Of a DNA stretch of 64,000 nt, positions 1 to 10,950 are shown in pieces. The notes below the pieces were generated by a model, which did not search any database, was not told the origin of the DNA, and was given only the letters and a program-made list of their open reading frames with translations. The first letter of the stretch is position 1. Each line of letters begins with the position of its first letter. The DNA comes from Octopus vulgaris (Eukaryota): assembly GCA_951406725.2 (NCBI GenBank), contig OX597822.1, positions 86,738,001-86,802,000 on the forward strand. The letters are read 5' to 3'. A program made the position numbers and the translations under genes.

Positions 1-364
1 TAGCACAGAACATGTTAAAATGCTGATGGCAAATGAAGACCATATTTGATTGGGATTTGCTTCATAAGATGGCCATTGAATCTTAAACAATTCAAGATGA
101 TAATCATTAATAATAATTGATAGAGAAATTCTCCATTTCTTTTAATATTCAAATAGCATGATAGTTATTTTTAACTTTGTGATTTGGTGGGCTGCTGCTG
201 TCTATAAAATGCTAAGGTTTCTTTAACATGGACATCAGCATGTTTCTGTTGCAATCAACTTCATTTCTTTATTTGGAAATTCAAGCAATTTCTAACTTTA
301 CTATTCTGTGCTGAACTTCTTGGGTTTTTGAGAGATTAACTACAACAAGCAGATAAATATATAC

Positions 365-510
365 ATGATGTGCCATGGTTGCACATAAAAAGCGCCTGGT
401 ACTCTCTGTACTGTGGTTGGCATTAGGAAAGGCATCTAGCTGTAGAAACCTTGCCAAAGCACAATTGGATCCTGGCATTGCACATCCCAGTTGATAGGAA
501 AAATCAGACA
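365..510 (+). mobile_element. SINE fragment (Meta-domain-like GGCATTAGGAAAGGCATCTAGCTGTAGAAA segment)
   Basis: Similar to other copies in the window at ~1975-2307 (+) and 8199-8343 (-). Confidence 0.55.
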
Positions 511-1974
511 AGGATGTTCAACATGGGTCTAAAAATGTCAAGGTATTTGTGCTTCGGGGGTTATGAAACCTAACAACATCGAGGGGTTAAGGAGGCACAA
601 TGCTGGCTTATACAATCTTCATACATCTAGATAGTGGGACAGCAAAGTAGCTCTTGTTAGGTTCTCTGAGAGAGAAGTTACATATCAGTGAAACAGAAGA
701 GCCATTTCTAAGATTAATGTAATCTTTTGATCTCATTTGTACATTTGAGGGTAATCTACACTGGTTTTCTTTTAGTTATAAGTTAGTTAAAAGTTACCAA
801 GAAGGAGGAGGAGAGGTCACTGCTAACTTCTTTGAGATTGAAGCATAATAAGATCAATGGAAATAAATTTTGCTTGTTTCATTAGGCTCTAATATAATTT
901 TTAAAGTAATTTTATTACTTTTTGACTTATCAAGTATCCTCAGAATTGCACTCTCAAAGGCAGAACTAGAAATGTAATTAGTTGCCCTGAGTAACAAATA
1001 AAAGAATAAATGAAAAGACATTTTAGTTCTTTTCAACTTTGATTTGACTCCCTGCATTTCTTTTGACCCATTTCATAGCCTCCTAACTTGCTAAATATTT
1101 TAGACAGTAGCTAAAAGGATTTAAAAATTATGTCATAAAATGTAAAGAGGTCAGAGGAATATTTCTTTTGTGGAAAGATTTATTGAATACTAGACTACTT
1201 GTCACCCATTGGGTCACGAATAGTTCAAGGTACCTGAAAAAGCTGCGTATCTCGTGAATCCGTGGTCTGATTTACGTGAAACTTTGTATTCACATTTTAA
1301 TGGTATCTTACTTTCAAAGCATTTCCCCCATTATATGCTGATTTGGTTATTTATAAAGGTACCTGAAAAAAACCATGTATCTTGGTAACCCATGGTCCAA
1401 TTTATGTGAGATTTGTTTCATTCCGTTTGTATTCACATGAGCATCTGATTCATGATGTCTCCTGCTTTTGTCTCCTCTGTTTCACCAGACACTCAGCTCA
1501 CCGAGTGTCCGATTCCTGATCTCTCTCCTTCTGTTCTGCCAGATGCTCAGCCCTTGCTTTATCAGTCTCATTGATCTTTCTATTCGCATGCCTCTCCCGA
1601 TCTTGGGTATATTTTGTAAAGGACCTATTTATACTCTATTGTGAAATAATTTTTTCTACAGGTTTTTTTGAGTGCATTCAGTGTATCCCACCTCCCAACC
1701 CGCTGCAAGCCACTTTCTTCCAGAAAAGAAAGGGGAGAGGGGTGGTGGGGACCTCATAGTTTCCCGCCAATGGAGTTTGTTTTGCAGGTTTATTTTTCTT
1801 TTCCCAGTTATTTTGCATACTTTCAAATGAATGTGACATCAAAATCATGTGTAAACGGCTCCTTTCCCCAGTAAAGGAAAGTTTTGGCTGCTATTTCTAG
1901 TGAGACATTAAAGATAGACTTTAATAATTGAGTTAAGGCTGTATCTTTTGATAATATAATGCCAAAACTCTCGA

Positions 1975-2307
1975 TTCAGTGGCATAGATCACTTGTCTTG
2001 CAAGATTCCTTGTCTTGCAAAGTTACTTGGTGACCCTGCCAGTGTTGGTGCCACATAAAAAGCACCCAGTCCACACTGAAAAGTGGTTGACATTTGGAAG
2101 GGCATCCAGCTGTAAAAGAACTATGCTAAAACTGACCTCACCTGTGCTGGTGCCACTCTGTTGAGTAGTTGGTGTTAGGAAGGGCATCCAACCATAAAAG
2201 CCCTGCCAAAACAGACACAGAAGTATGGTGCACGCTTCTGCTCTGCCAGCTCCTGTTAAACCATCCAACCCATGCCAGCATGGAAGGAGGACATTAAATG
2301 ATGATGA
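1975..2307 (+). mobile_element. SINE 3' portion with duplicated Meta-like core and GATGAT tail
   Basis: AGGAAGGGCATCCA motif occurs twice; ends CCCATGCCAGCATGGAAGGAGGACATTAAATGATGATG, a tail shared with other copies (2540-2575, 5120-5162, 7130-7170). Confidence 0.6.
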
Positions 2308-4524
2308 AGTAGAGCCAAATCATAGCTAATTTACTATAAAGTGATTAGTATGTATTGTAATTAAGATGTAAAATTGTAATATAAGGGTGGGGGTGAATGT
2401 GTGTTACTGTCTCTTTGTCTTGACTTTGCATGAAAGTTGTGTCGCCATGGGGGAAATATTACCTTTCTTGGAAACAGGTGAAGGTGGATGACAGGAGGGG
2501 CATCTGACTAGAAAATCTGCCTTAATAAATTCATCTGACCCATGCAAACATGGAAAAGTGGATGTTAAATGATATGTTTGAGAGAGAGAAGAGTAATGTG
2601 TTGATATTAATTATGTATACCAGTAACCTGGTTGAAGGCAAATACCTTGAGTGCAAACACCAAGGTTTTTCAATTGCCCATATTATATATGGGATCCTAT
2701 TGAGGACATCACTAAGGAGGTGCTATAAAACTGAAATGTCTGTTACTTTTAGCATTTGGTTTTTAAGACTAAACTCACTCCACTCTACATAGTCTATAAA
2801 TGTCCAAAATTTTTGATCAGCTGATCTTGTTGCATTTATTTGTATTACTTGTTTTTAGATTTTAAACACTTCTAGAAGGAAACTTAGGCTACAAAATTAA
2901 TTAGCTAATCCCTTGATCTAAGCTTTTTAACTCCCAATATTATATATGTGAAGCCCTACTGTGTGTTGTTTTTAATATGGAGAACACTTTACTCAGTTTT
3001 TTCTTAACCTTTGAGCCTCATTGTTTAACAATATTTTCTGTTTATCTCTTTTTCTGAGCTCCTCAAATTCATTTGGTGGGTTTCATTTACCTTAGATAAA
3101 AGTGAAACCCCTATGGAGAGTCCCTTGAAGATGAATATGTAGCTGGTTGTGGAATGGATTTCTGCCCAGCCACATCTTGTCCTGAAAAAAAAAACCTCTT
3201 GTCATAGTTATTTCTTATCAATTGCAACTTTTGAAATAGCATATCTTGCTGCTCCTATTTAGGCATGAAATTACTGATCTTATTTATAAGTAGCAAAGCT
3301 GTTCCATTTGGATTTTAAAGGTTCACAATATCAATATTATATCTTTTTAAATCACTTGGGAAGTTTTTCTCTTAGTTAAATGCAGCTAGGCTTTGTAGAT
3401 TGTTGTTCAACCCCAGGTCAGCTGTGGCTGTTTTGCCTTTTTTTTTTTGGTTTGACTTGGACTACATTATCTAACATGGCTTTTCTAGCCAGGCAACAGG
3501 GCCATTTGGTTACTATCTATAATGAGTCAAATGACCACATAAACTATAATTTAAAATAGATGTAATTAACAAATGAAATTTTACTGTAAATTAAGACTTT
3601 GAACTTTGTTTTCTGTGCGGAATTTTTGGAACCAAAGCTTTATAAATTACAAAAACAACAAAAAAAAAACTGAAAGAATGGTAGATAGTTTTGTATTGTT
3701 TTGTCTTTGATTTTAGATTTTAAAATGTTTTATAGTGGTTGTTTCATTCACAATGGATAAAAAATTTCTCTGAAACTTCTGCTCTCTCAATCTGCATTAA
3801 TGATGTGTAATAATTGTTAACTATATTGTTATTTAGTGTTTGCAGTTGGATACAGTTGTGTTTAAATATATGCACAATCAGTTTTCATTAACCTAGACAT
3901 ACTTAAAAGCATCTATTCAACTTTTTAGGTAAGGCTATCAAACTATGGCCAGCAGTAATAGTTCATCTGACCTCTGGCTCAGTTTTATAAATAAAATTTT
4001 CTTTTTAATTTTTAAAACATTCTGTGAAATATTATTGCTAGCATGCATTCTGAGTTGTAGCCCTACAAAAGTGCGTCTTTAGGGAATCTCTTGTTAATTC
4101 AACCACTAAAAAGCTTTCATCTCTCTGTGTAAACAAAGCTTTGCTAACACCACATTCATTCCTTTCTTTCTTGTTAATAAAGTTATATATATATAGACCC
4201 CTCCTTGGCTCATGACATCTAGTGAATGCTTCAGTCTGTTTTCAGAGTGTATTGTGTTTTAATTCATCCATATCATTTTGGAACAGGTAGTTCCTGTTAT
4301 AACTGTGGGTGTATGGTGCCTTGGCATACTTCTTGCCCTATGTATGTTGTATAATGTTTACATGTATAACTGAGCTTTCTGTTATAGTTCAATTATCTCT
4401 TTCTCAGCTGTTTGCAGTGTGATTCCCCTTTATATAATTTTAAAGTTTTGTATTCTGAATGATAGTTGCATACATAAACCACCATACATTCATAAATTGT
4501 TGTTTTTTTTTCTTTTTTTCATAG

Positions 4525-4602
4525 GATAACACAGAAATTCATTTTCGTGTAAGAATGACTACAAAAATGGAGAAGTTGAAGCGATCATACAGTGAACGGC
4601 AG
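4525..4602 (+). CDS. SUMO1: SUMO1-like protein, internal coding exon (DNTEIHFRVRMTTKMEKLKRSYSERQ)
   Basis: Polypyrimidine tract plus AG at 4523-4524; donor GTAAGA at 4603; 78 nt, phase 0. The translation matches the SUMO1 segment [26 protein letters not shown]. Confidence 0.93.
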
Positions 4603-4737
4603 GTAAGATACAATGATGTCATTTCTCACATATTGCAAAAGAATACAATTTATAATATTGTCTCTTGAAACAAGAAATTAACTTTAAGATTAGTAGCTTT
4701 CTTGCATGATATTTTAACTTGTAAAACTTTTGTCTAA

Positions 4738-5162
4738 TTTGGTGTAGGCATGGTTGTGGTTATGGAGCTTGCTTCCTAACCATGTGGTCTCAAGTTCAGT
4801 CCCATTGCATGGCACTTTGAGCAAGTGTCTTTTATTTTAGCCCCAAGCTGACCAAAGCCTGGGTATTGGATTTCATAAACTGAAACGAGCCTCTGTGTGT
4901 GTGTGTGCGTGTATGCGCGCGCGCGCGCGCCCTTGTCCAGAACTCGTGTGATGGTTGAAATTTAGCATCATTGCTATATAAGTGAGGTTGTTTTTTTCTA
5001 GTCTTCTGTGAAAAACATTTGCAGGTATAAGGAAATATTACCTTGCTTGGAAACGGGTGAGGGTTGGTGACAAGAAGGGCATCCAGCCACAGAAAAATCT
5101 GTCTCAATAAATTCCACTGACTCATGCTAGCATGGAAAAGTGGACATGAAATGGTGATGAGG
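4738..5162 (+). mobile_element. tRNA-derived CORE-type SINE, near full length, in SUMO intron
   Basis: tRNA-like head with B-box-like AAGTTCAGTCCC, CORE-like GGCACTTTGAGCAAGTGTC, internal (TG)n(CG)n and a conserved tail. Confidence 0.7.
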
Positions 5163-5465
5163 AAGGGCTTGGTAGTGGTGGTAGAGATGATTCTATGAAA
5201 TAAATGCTTCTAGTTTGATTAGCTTTTTTTACTACCTTCAAGGTAAATGGAGAAATTAGATTGTAGTTGTTTCATTCCTAACAGAAATATTTTTTTCTTA
5301 GCTTTTCTGTGTTGATATGGATTAAATGATGTTGTTTTTAGTCTTGTTCCCTTATCTATTACATTGAAAATAGTCTCTAACCTCAGTTTCTCAAACCTTT
5401 TGTAGCTGTTTTCCACTATCAACTGAAAGTATTTTTTTTGTCATTCACTGTCCATTTAGATTTAT

Positions 5466-5684
5466 CCCTTTAGCATTTAAACCAATTGTATCCGGCCAAA
5501 ATATTCCATCCATTTTATATCGAAACTGGCCAGATCCAGCCTCTCACACCTACCCAACAATGTCATTCAAAAAACTGACAGTCACATCATTGAAATCTCA
5601 AAGCTACAAGATATTGCATGACTAATTCAAAACTGAATAAATAAGCAGAACATTTGACAGAGAAGTAAACTGAATGCTAAAGGG
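5466..5684. mobile_element. piggyBac-type MITE
   Basis: Terminal inverted repeats CCCTTTAGCATT / AATGCTAAAGGG; flanks TTAT and TTTA look like a decayed TTAA target duplication; 219 bp, non-coding. Confidence 0.65.
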
Positions 5685-7344
5685 TTTAGTACCTACAAGC
5701 TTTATTCTCTCATAAATATTTCACAATTGTGTTGTCCTGACACTTAATCATAAGTTAACATTGCAACATCAGTGTAGTAGTTTCTAGTTAGTACATTTTC
5801 TGTGTACACAGCTTATATTTCTCTGCTGTATAGCATCACATTGTATAATGGCCCATAAAATCCACTTTTTGCTGAGAAAATCAAATTCTGTACTGAAGTA
5901 AAACCAGTTTTCTAAACTTAACCCAAGCTTTATACAGTTCGGCTTCAATTTCTCACACACTAATTATGTCACACAGAATAACCTAGACACTTCCATTAAG
6001 CTATATTAACCATTACTAGTTTTTTTATTTTCTCATGGCGACTACGGAAAGTTCTGCATTCCTTATATCTTTAGTGTATCTTTTGTTTGTACCTTGTGCA
6101 ACAAACAAAAATTTAACATTGTGATTTTTTTGATTCAGTGTACTATGGTCAAGTTGAGATATTGTCTTAAAGGATTTTACTTGATCTTATTGACCCCACT
6201 ATAATTTCAATTGCCTACCACATTCAACTAGTTATTAGTTAATCTTAGGTTGTAGTAGAAGACACTTGTCTAAAGTTCCACATTGGCATTGAAGCTGAAA
6301 ATATGCAGTTGCAAAGTGAACTTTGCCTTGAAACCATGTTCACTTTGAGGTCTTTAAATGAAATCTACATTCCCAAGAAATTCTTTTGTATGACTTTAGT
6401 ATACAATAAACTCTGTCCATGATATACTGTAGTCTCTCTCTCTCTCTCTGCATTTAGCTTCACACTCCTTGGTGATTACTTTAAGGTGTCAGAGAAAGTA
6501 AAGAAGGCTGATTATGAAATCAATCTCAGTTATAAAGCTGTAATAGATTTCTACCTGTGATAGTAGATTCTTTATTGATTTCTTCATTGATTTCCGAATT
6601 TTAATTTTCTACAAAACTCACAGTTTCATGACTCATTCATCCATACTTTGTCTACTATTTGTCCTTTCTGTTGGTCGAACAATCAAAATAATTTTATCCC
6701 CAGCTAGGAACATCTTGTTATAGCAGTTATGGTTCCTCATCTTGATAAATACCTAAGCTGTATCCCATTCAACTCTACTTTCTACTAATGTCATTATGGC
6801 TCTTAATTTCTTCTATTTTGTATTTAAACCTTTATGGCTTCTATTGCTTTGCTGAATGTATACTTTTACTATCACATCTATTATTTTTGTCTATTGGCAC
6901 ATATTGGGCATAAGATGCACGTTACATGTCCTGTTCATTATAGGATTGGTGTGGCATCGTTGTCTTGACTAGAGGGTTATAAACAAGCATCCCCATCATT
7001 CAAGTGGTGTTTGTTTCCAGTCTTTCAGGAGGAACCTGTTTGTCCATGGAGAAATATGTTGCTTAGAAACAGTTATGAGGGTTGCAACAGGAATGGCATC
7101 TGGCTAAAATGCCTCAAAAACTTCCATCTGATCCATACAAAGATGGAAAAGTGAACATTAAAGGATGATGTTCTATCATTGTCTTTCAAAGCTAATAATA
7201 CCCGAGGTTTCCCCATAAGAATATTTTAGCTGTTGAAGATTCACACACATCTACTTGACAGTGCAACAAGCAATAAGATGATTGATTCAGGACTTTTGGC
7301 TGTTGTTGCTTGCCTGAAGAAGTCTGAGAAACATTAGTTTGGAG

Positions 7345-7490
7345 AAATTAAACCAATCACACTTCTTGACGTTTTATTTTATTAGTCTTGGAGGGGTGAG
7401 AGGTAAAGATAATCTCAGTGGAATTTGAACTCAGAACATAAAGGATTGGAATTGAATACTTTAAGACATTTTGTCCAACACTAACGATTG
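7345..7490 (-). mobile_element. Degenerate Nin-domain tRNA-SINE fragment
   Basis: GGAATTTGAACTCAGAAC and flanking sequence match the reverse complement of the 59115 copy. Confidence 0.55.
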
Positions 7491-8198
7491 ATACATCACC
7501 TGATATATTTTTATTTTACAATTGCTCATAACAATACATCGTCAACCCTTTTCACTATTGCTGAGGGTTTGTGTACTTATATCATTTCCAAACTTTTGAT
7601 TTTTCTTCATTGTTTCATGTTTTCTCATCTTCACAGTTCTACTTGTGCTAGAGAAGCTATATTTATTTGATAATTAGCTTAACTCTTTCTTTTTTCTCAC
7701 TCCTTCCAAGGTTGTTTATCCTGTGTAAGGTTTATTTTATCTACTAAATTATTCTACAACCATATTACTTGTTACCCAGCTTGAGCTTTTGTACTATTTT
7801 CATAAATGAATTGTTTCTTACATTAAATCCCCATTTCTCATTGGGAAAATAACACATGCACACACACACACACACACACACAGGAGGAGGAGGTGGGGAA
7901 TGGAGACACCAGTTCTATGTTACACTTTGGAGAGGCTATTTTCCAAATCGGTGCTGATATTGCAGCCAAAAAAATGATTTAAAGAACTCCTCTGCATTCA
8001 GCTCAGCTCTTGACAAATCCATTGATATAGAAAATACCCAACTTCTGACAGTATTCGTTTTATTATGCTTCCACTGATGTAATTTGAACCTTGTGGTAAT
8101 AAATGGAACAGCTCATGGCATTGACTTTTAAAAAAATGGTGCTTGATTAAACTTTGAATAAGCTCATCAGTGTTGCAACACAGATGAATACTTGCAGT

Positions 8199-8343
8199 CA
8201 TCATCATCATCATCGTTTAATGTCCGCTTTCCATGCTAGCATGGGTTGGACGATTTTGACTGAGGGCTGGCGAGCCAGATGGTTGCACCAGGCTCCAATC
8301 TTGATCTGGCAGAGTTTCTACAGCTGGATGCCCTTCCTAACAC
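8199..8343 (-). mobile_element. SINE 3' end, minus strand
   Basis: (CAT)n followed by the reverse complement of the shared tail (CCGCTTTCCATGCTAGCATGGGTTGGACG...GGATGCCCTTCCTAAC). Confidence 0.7.
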
Positions 8344-8784
8344 TAAACGCAGTGTTGGGGAAAATGCAGGATTAATTGCACTCTTATGAAAATTGAACTC
8401 ACCTTTCTGCAGATTCTCTCTGTTCATTGTATCAGTTGCCATGAAGTACTGGCAACCATATAAGTATGAAGATGTCTTGAAATCTGTATTCGATTAATTT
8501 CATACTCTCAGCTGGAAAGATTCACTGATATTTCAGAAGTGTTATTGAAGAACTGGCACATGAAGATAATAGACTCAGTAATATCTGTTTCTACAGCGAT
8601 GTCAGGGGTGATTGTCAACCAGTAATGTCTTGTAGATTTGTTGGTCAGATGGAGCCTTATGCTTCTTTGCAAGCAAATTATCCTCTTCTCAACCAGAAGA
8701 GACATAATGAATCATCTACACAGTCTCAACTTGGCGTTCTAGGGGAACGTTAGAGATATTGTCAAGAAATGTCAGCCACTTTCT

Positions 8785-8989
8785 CAATCTTTACTCTTTT
8801 ACTTGTTTCAGTCATTTGACGGTGGCCATGCTGGAGCACCACCTTTAGTCGAGCAAATCAACCCCAGGACTTATTCATTAGAAGTCTAGTACTTATTCTA
8901 TCGGTCTCTGCTAAGTTACGGAGACATAAACACACCACCATTGGTTGTCAAGCGATGTCGGCGAGACAAACACAGACACACAAACATAT

Positions 8990-9034
<45 letters not shown>

Positions 9035-9200
9035 TACGACGGGCTTCTTTTAGTTTCTGTCTACCAAATTCAGTCACAAGGCTTTGGTTGGCCCGAGGCT
9101 ATAGTAGAAGACACTTGCCCAAAGTGCCACGCAGTGGGAATGAACCCGGAACCATGTGGTTGGTAAGCAAGCTACTTACCACACAGCCACTCCTGCGCCT
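8785..9200 (-). mobile_element. CORE-type tRNA-SINE, near full length, antisense in SUMO intron
   Basis: Reverse complement reads GGCGCAGGAGTGGCTGTGTGG...GGGTTCATTCCCACTGCGTGGCACTTTGGGCAAGTGTC, with internal (TA)n and a tail ...CAGCATGGCCAC...ATGACTGAAACAAG. Confidence 0.75.
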
Positions 9201-9408
9201 ATATCTTCATAGAAGAGTAAATGCGTTCTCTGATATTGAAATAAAATCTCCAACTGGAAGACATGTCTGGGAAGATTGGAAACAAAGAACACTGCTTGCA
9301 TGATGGTGACACAACTATTACACAATGCCAAGGCAAGGAGACAGTGACACACGCGTGCACACACACATACACAAAGTGGGTCTCTTTCCACTTGTTTCCA
9401 TTTTTTAT

Positions 9409-9741
9409 ATCAATTGACAAGGCTTTGATCAGCTTGAGGTTATAGAAGGCACTAACATGTGGTTTAGAAGCAAACTTATCGCACAGTCACGGCCTGTGTG
9501 TACTATATGTATATTATCATTTACACACAATTTCACTTCCTCTCCTATTGTTGTGAGCTGTGACAGAGGTTCAATTCTTGATGGATATTTGATGGAGCTT
9601 TTTTGATTTCTTGTTGCAAATCTAGCCTTTGTTGTTGACTCAGCAATGTATTTGGAAGTACAGCTTTATTTTAATTACTGTTTATGAAACTGCTAAAATA
9701 ATTTGGAAACATAAAAGCTGATCAAAGCCTTGTCAATTGAT
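9409..9741. repeat. Perfect 27-bp inverted repeat (9409-9435 / 9715-9741) in SUMO intron
   Basis: ATCAATTGACAAGGCTTTGATCAGCTT pairs with AAGCTGATCAAAGCCTTGTCAATTGAT; pairing extends imperfectly outward. Confidence 0.9.
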
Positions 9742-9835
9742 GTAACAAATGAAAACTGAAAGAAACCCAGTGTGTGTTATCTTAAAACTCGGTCTTTTAC
9801 TCATATTTCACTTCTTTTTTTCAATTCTATTGAAG

Positions 9836-9907
9836 GGTGTTCCAGTGACTTCTTTGAGATTCTTATTTGATGGTCGAAGAATTAATGATGATGAAACACC
9901 AAAGCAG
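9836..9907 (+). CDS. SUMO1: SUMO1-like protein, internal coding exon (GVPVTSLRFLFDGRRINDDETPKQ)
   Basis: T-rich tract plus AG at 9834-9835; donor GTAACC at 9908; 72 nt in frame; contains the SUMO LRFLF(D/E)G motif. Confidence 0.95.
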
Positions 9908-10238
9908 GTAACCTTTTTTTTCTACCTGAGTCGAAAAAGAAATAACTTACACGTCTTAATTGTTGACTACTTCGTTCTTCATAAAAAAAAATTATTCTCT
10001 ACAAATTTTACAGTGTCTTTTGTTATTTTAATGATGTCCCCTACAGCAATGCAGTTACTTAACCTTAAATGTTCAGCCATATCAGACACGAATGTTTAAA
10101 AAATCTTTTTAGTGAAGATGGAAGACATGAATGTTTTTGGGACCCCTGACACTGATGGTGGGGAGAGAGAGAGAGAGGATGTCCTTCTCAAACCAGTGAC
10201 TTACTCTGAAATGCTTTCTCAAGGCACCCAAAGTGCCA

Positions 10239-10422
10239 GGACTTAATCTGTTGCCCAGTTTAACTGTGCACTTTGGTGTAGGCATGGTTGTGATTATGAA
10301 GCTTGCTTCCTAACCATGTGGTCTCAGGTTCAGTCCCATTGCATGGCACTTTGGGCAAGCTTCATAACCACAACCATGCCTACACCAAAGTGCACTGTTA
10401 AACTGGGCAACAGATTAAGTCC
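10239..10422. repeat. 68-bp inverted repeat (10239-10306 / 10355-10422), 48-nt loop, built on a SINE head
   Basis: The arms are complementary at 66 of 68 positions, read directly from the sequence. Confidence 0.95.
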
Positions 10423-10890
10423 ATATATTAATTTTAGGCAACCATCATCTCTGATGGTTCTTTTAAATTAATTTGAGATCATCAAGTGTCAAAGTGTAAT
10501 TCTTGTCTGAGCAGACCAGAAATGTCGAATTGTTGCTATTTTAGTATTATTAGAATTAACAGGTGAATCTCTAGTTATTTTAAAAGAAAGTGGATATGGC
10601 AGTTAAGACAGTTATTGTCTCTCCAGTATTGAGTTGTTTTAATAATGGATAAGTTAATTACTGTAAAGTAGGATGCTCATGTCAGACTGTGTTTGTTGCC
10701 TTATTCACTGGCTTATTTACAGGGTTTGTGTGGATCTGATGAAGCAATCTTGTAAAAATATAGGAAGCTTAACTCTTTTTTGGGGTTTCTGGCTTAGATG
10801 TTTTTCTGTAAAATTTCCATTTCTATAATATTGAAGATATTTTTTTGTTTTTTTGAGTGTCTTAAAATCTATTTTTAATTTATTTTTCAG

Positions 10891-10950
10891 CTTGAAATGG
10901 AAGATGATGATGTGATAGAAGTGTACCAGGAACAAACTGGTGGTTGGTAG
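10891..10950 (+). CDS. SUMO1: SUMO1-like protein, last coding exon (LEMEDDDVIEVYQEQTGGW*)
   Basis: Acceptor TTTTTCAG ending at 10890. Encodes the SUMO1-type IEVYQEQTGG di-glycine end, then W and TAG at 10948-10950. Confidence 0.95.
   Translation, partial: LEMEDDDVIEVYQEQTGGW

Noticed and set aside
1190-1440. Diverged tandem duplication (AAGGTACCTGAAAAA...TTTGTATTCACAT twice), possibly Helitron-related
   Set aside because: Termini and family cannot be established from this window.
1-4524. 5' coding exons of SUMO (start codon, YIKLKVxGQ exon)
   Set aside because: No matching segment with splice sites found by eye; they probably lie upstream of the window. The TTTTTAG/GTAAGG at ~3923-3934 gives no SUMO-like peptide.
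9749-10099. 116-aa ORF as a standalone gene
   Set aside because: Only 9836-9907 is SUMO sequence; the rest is intron read-through.
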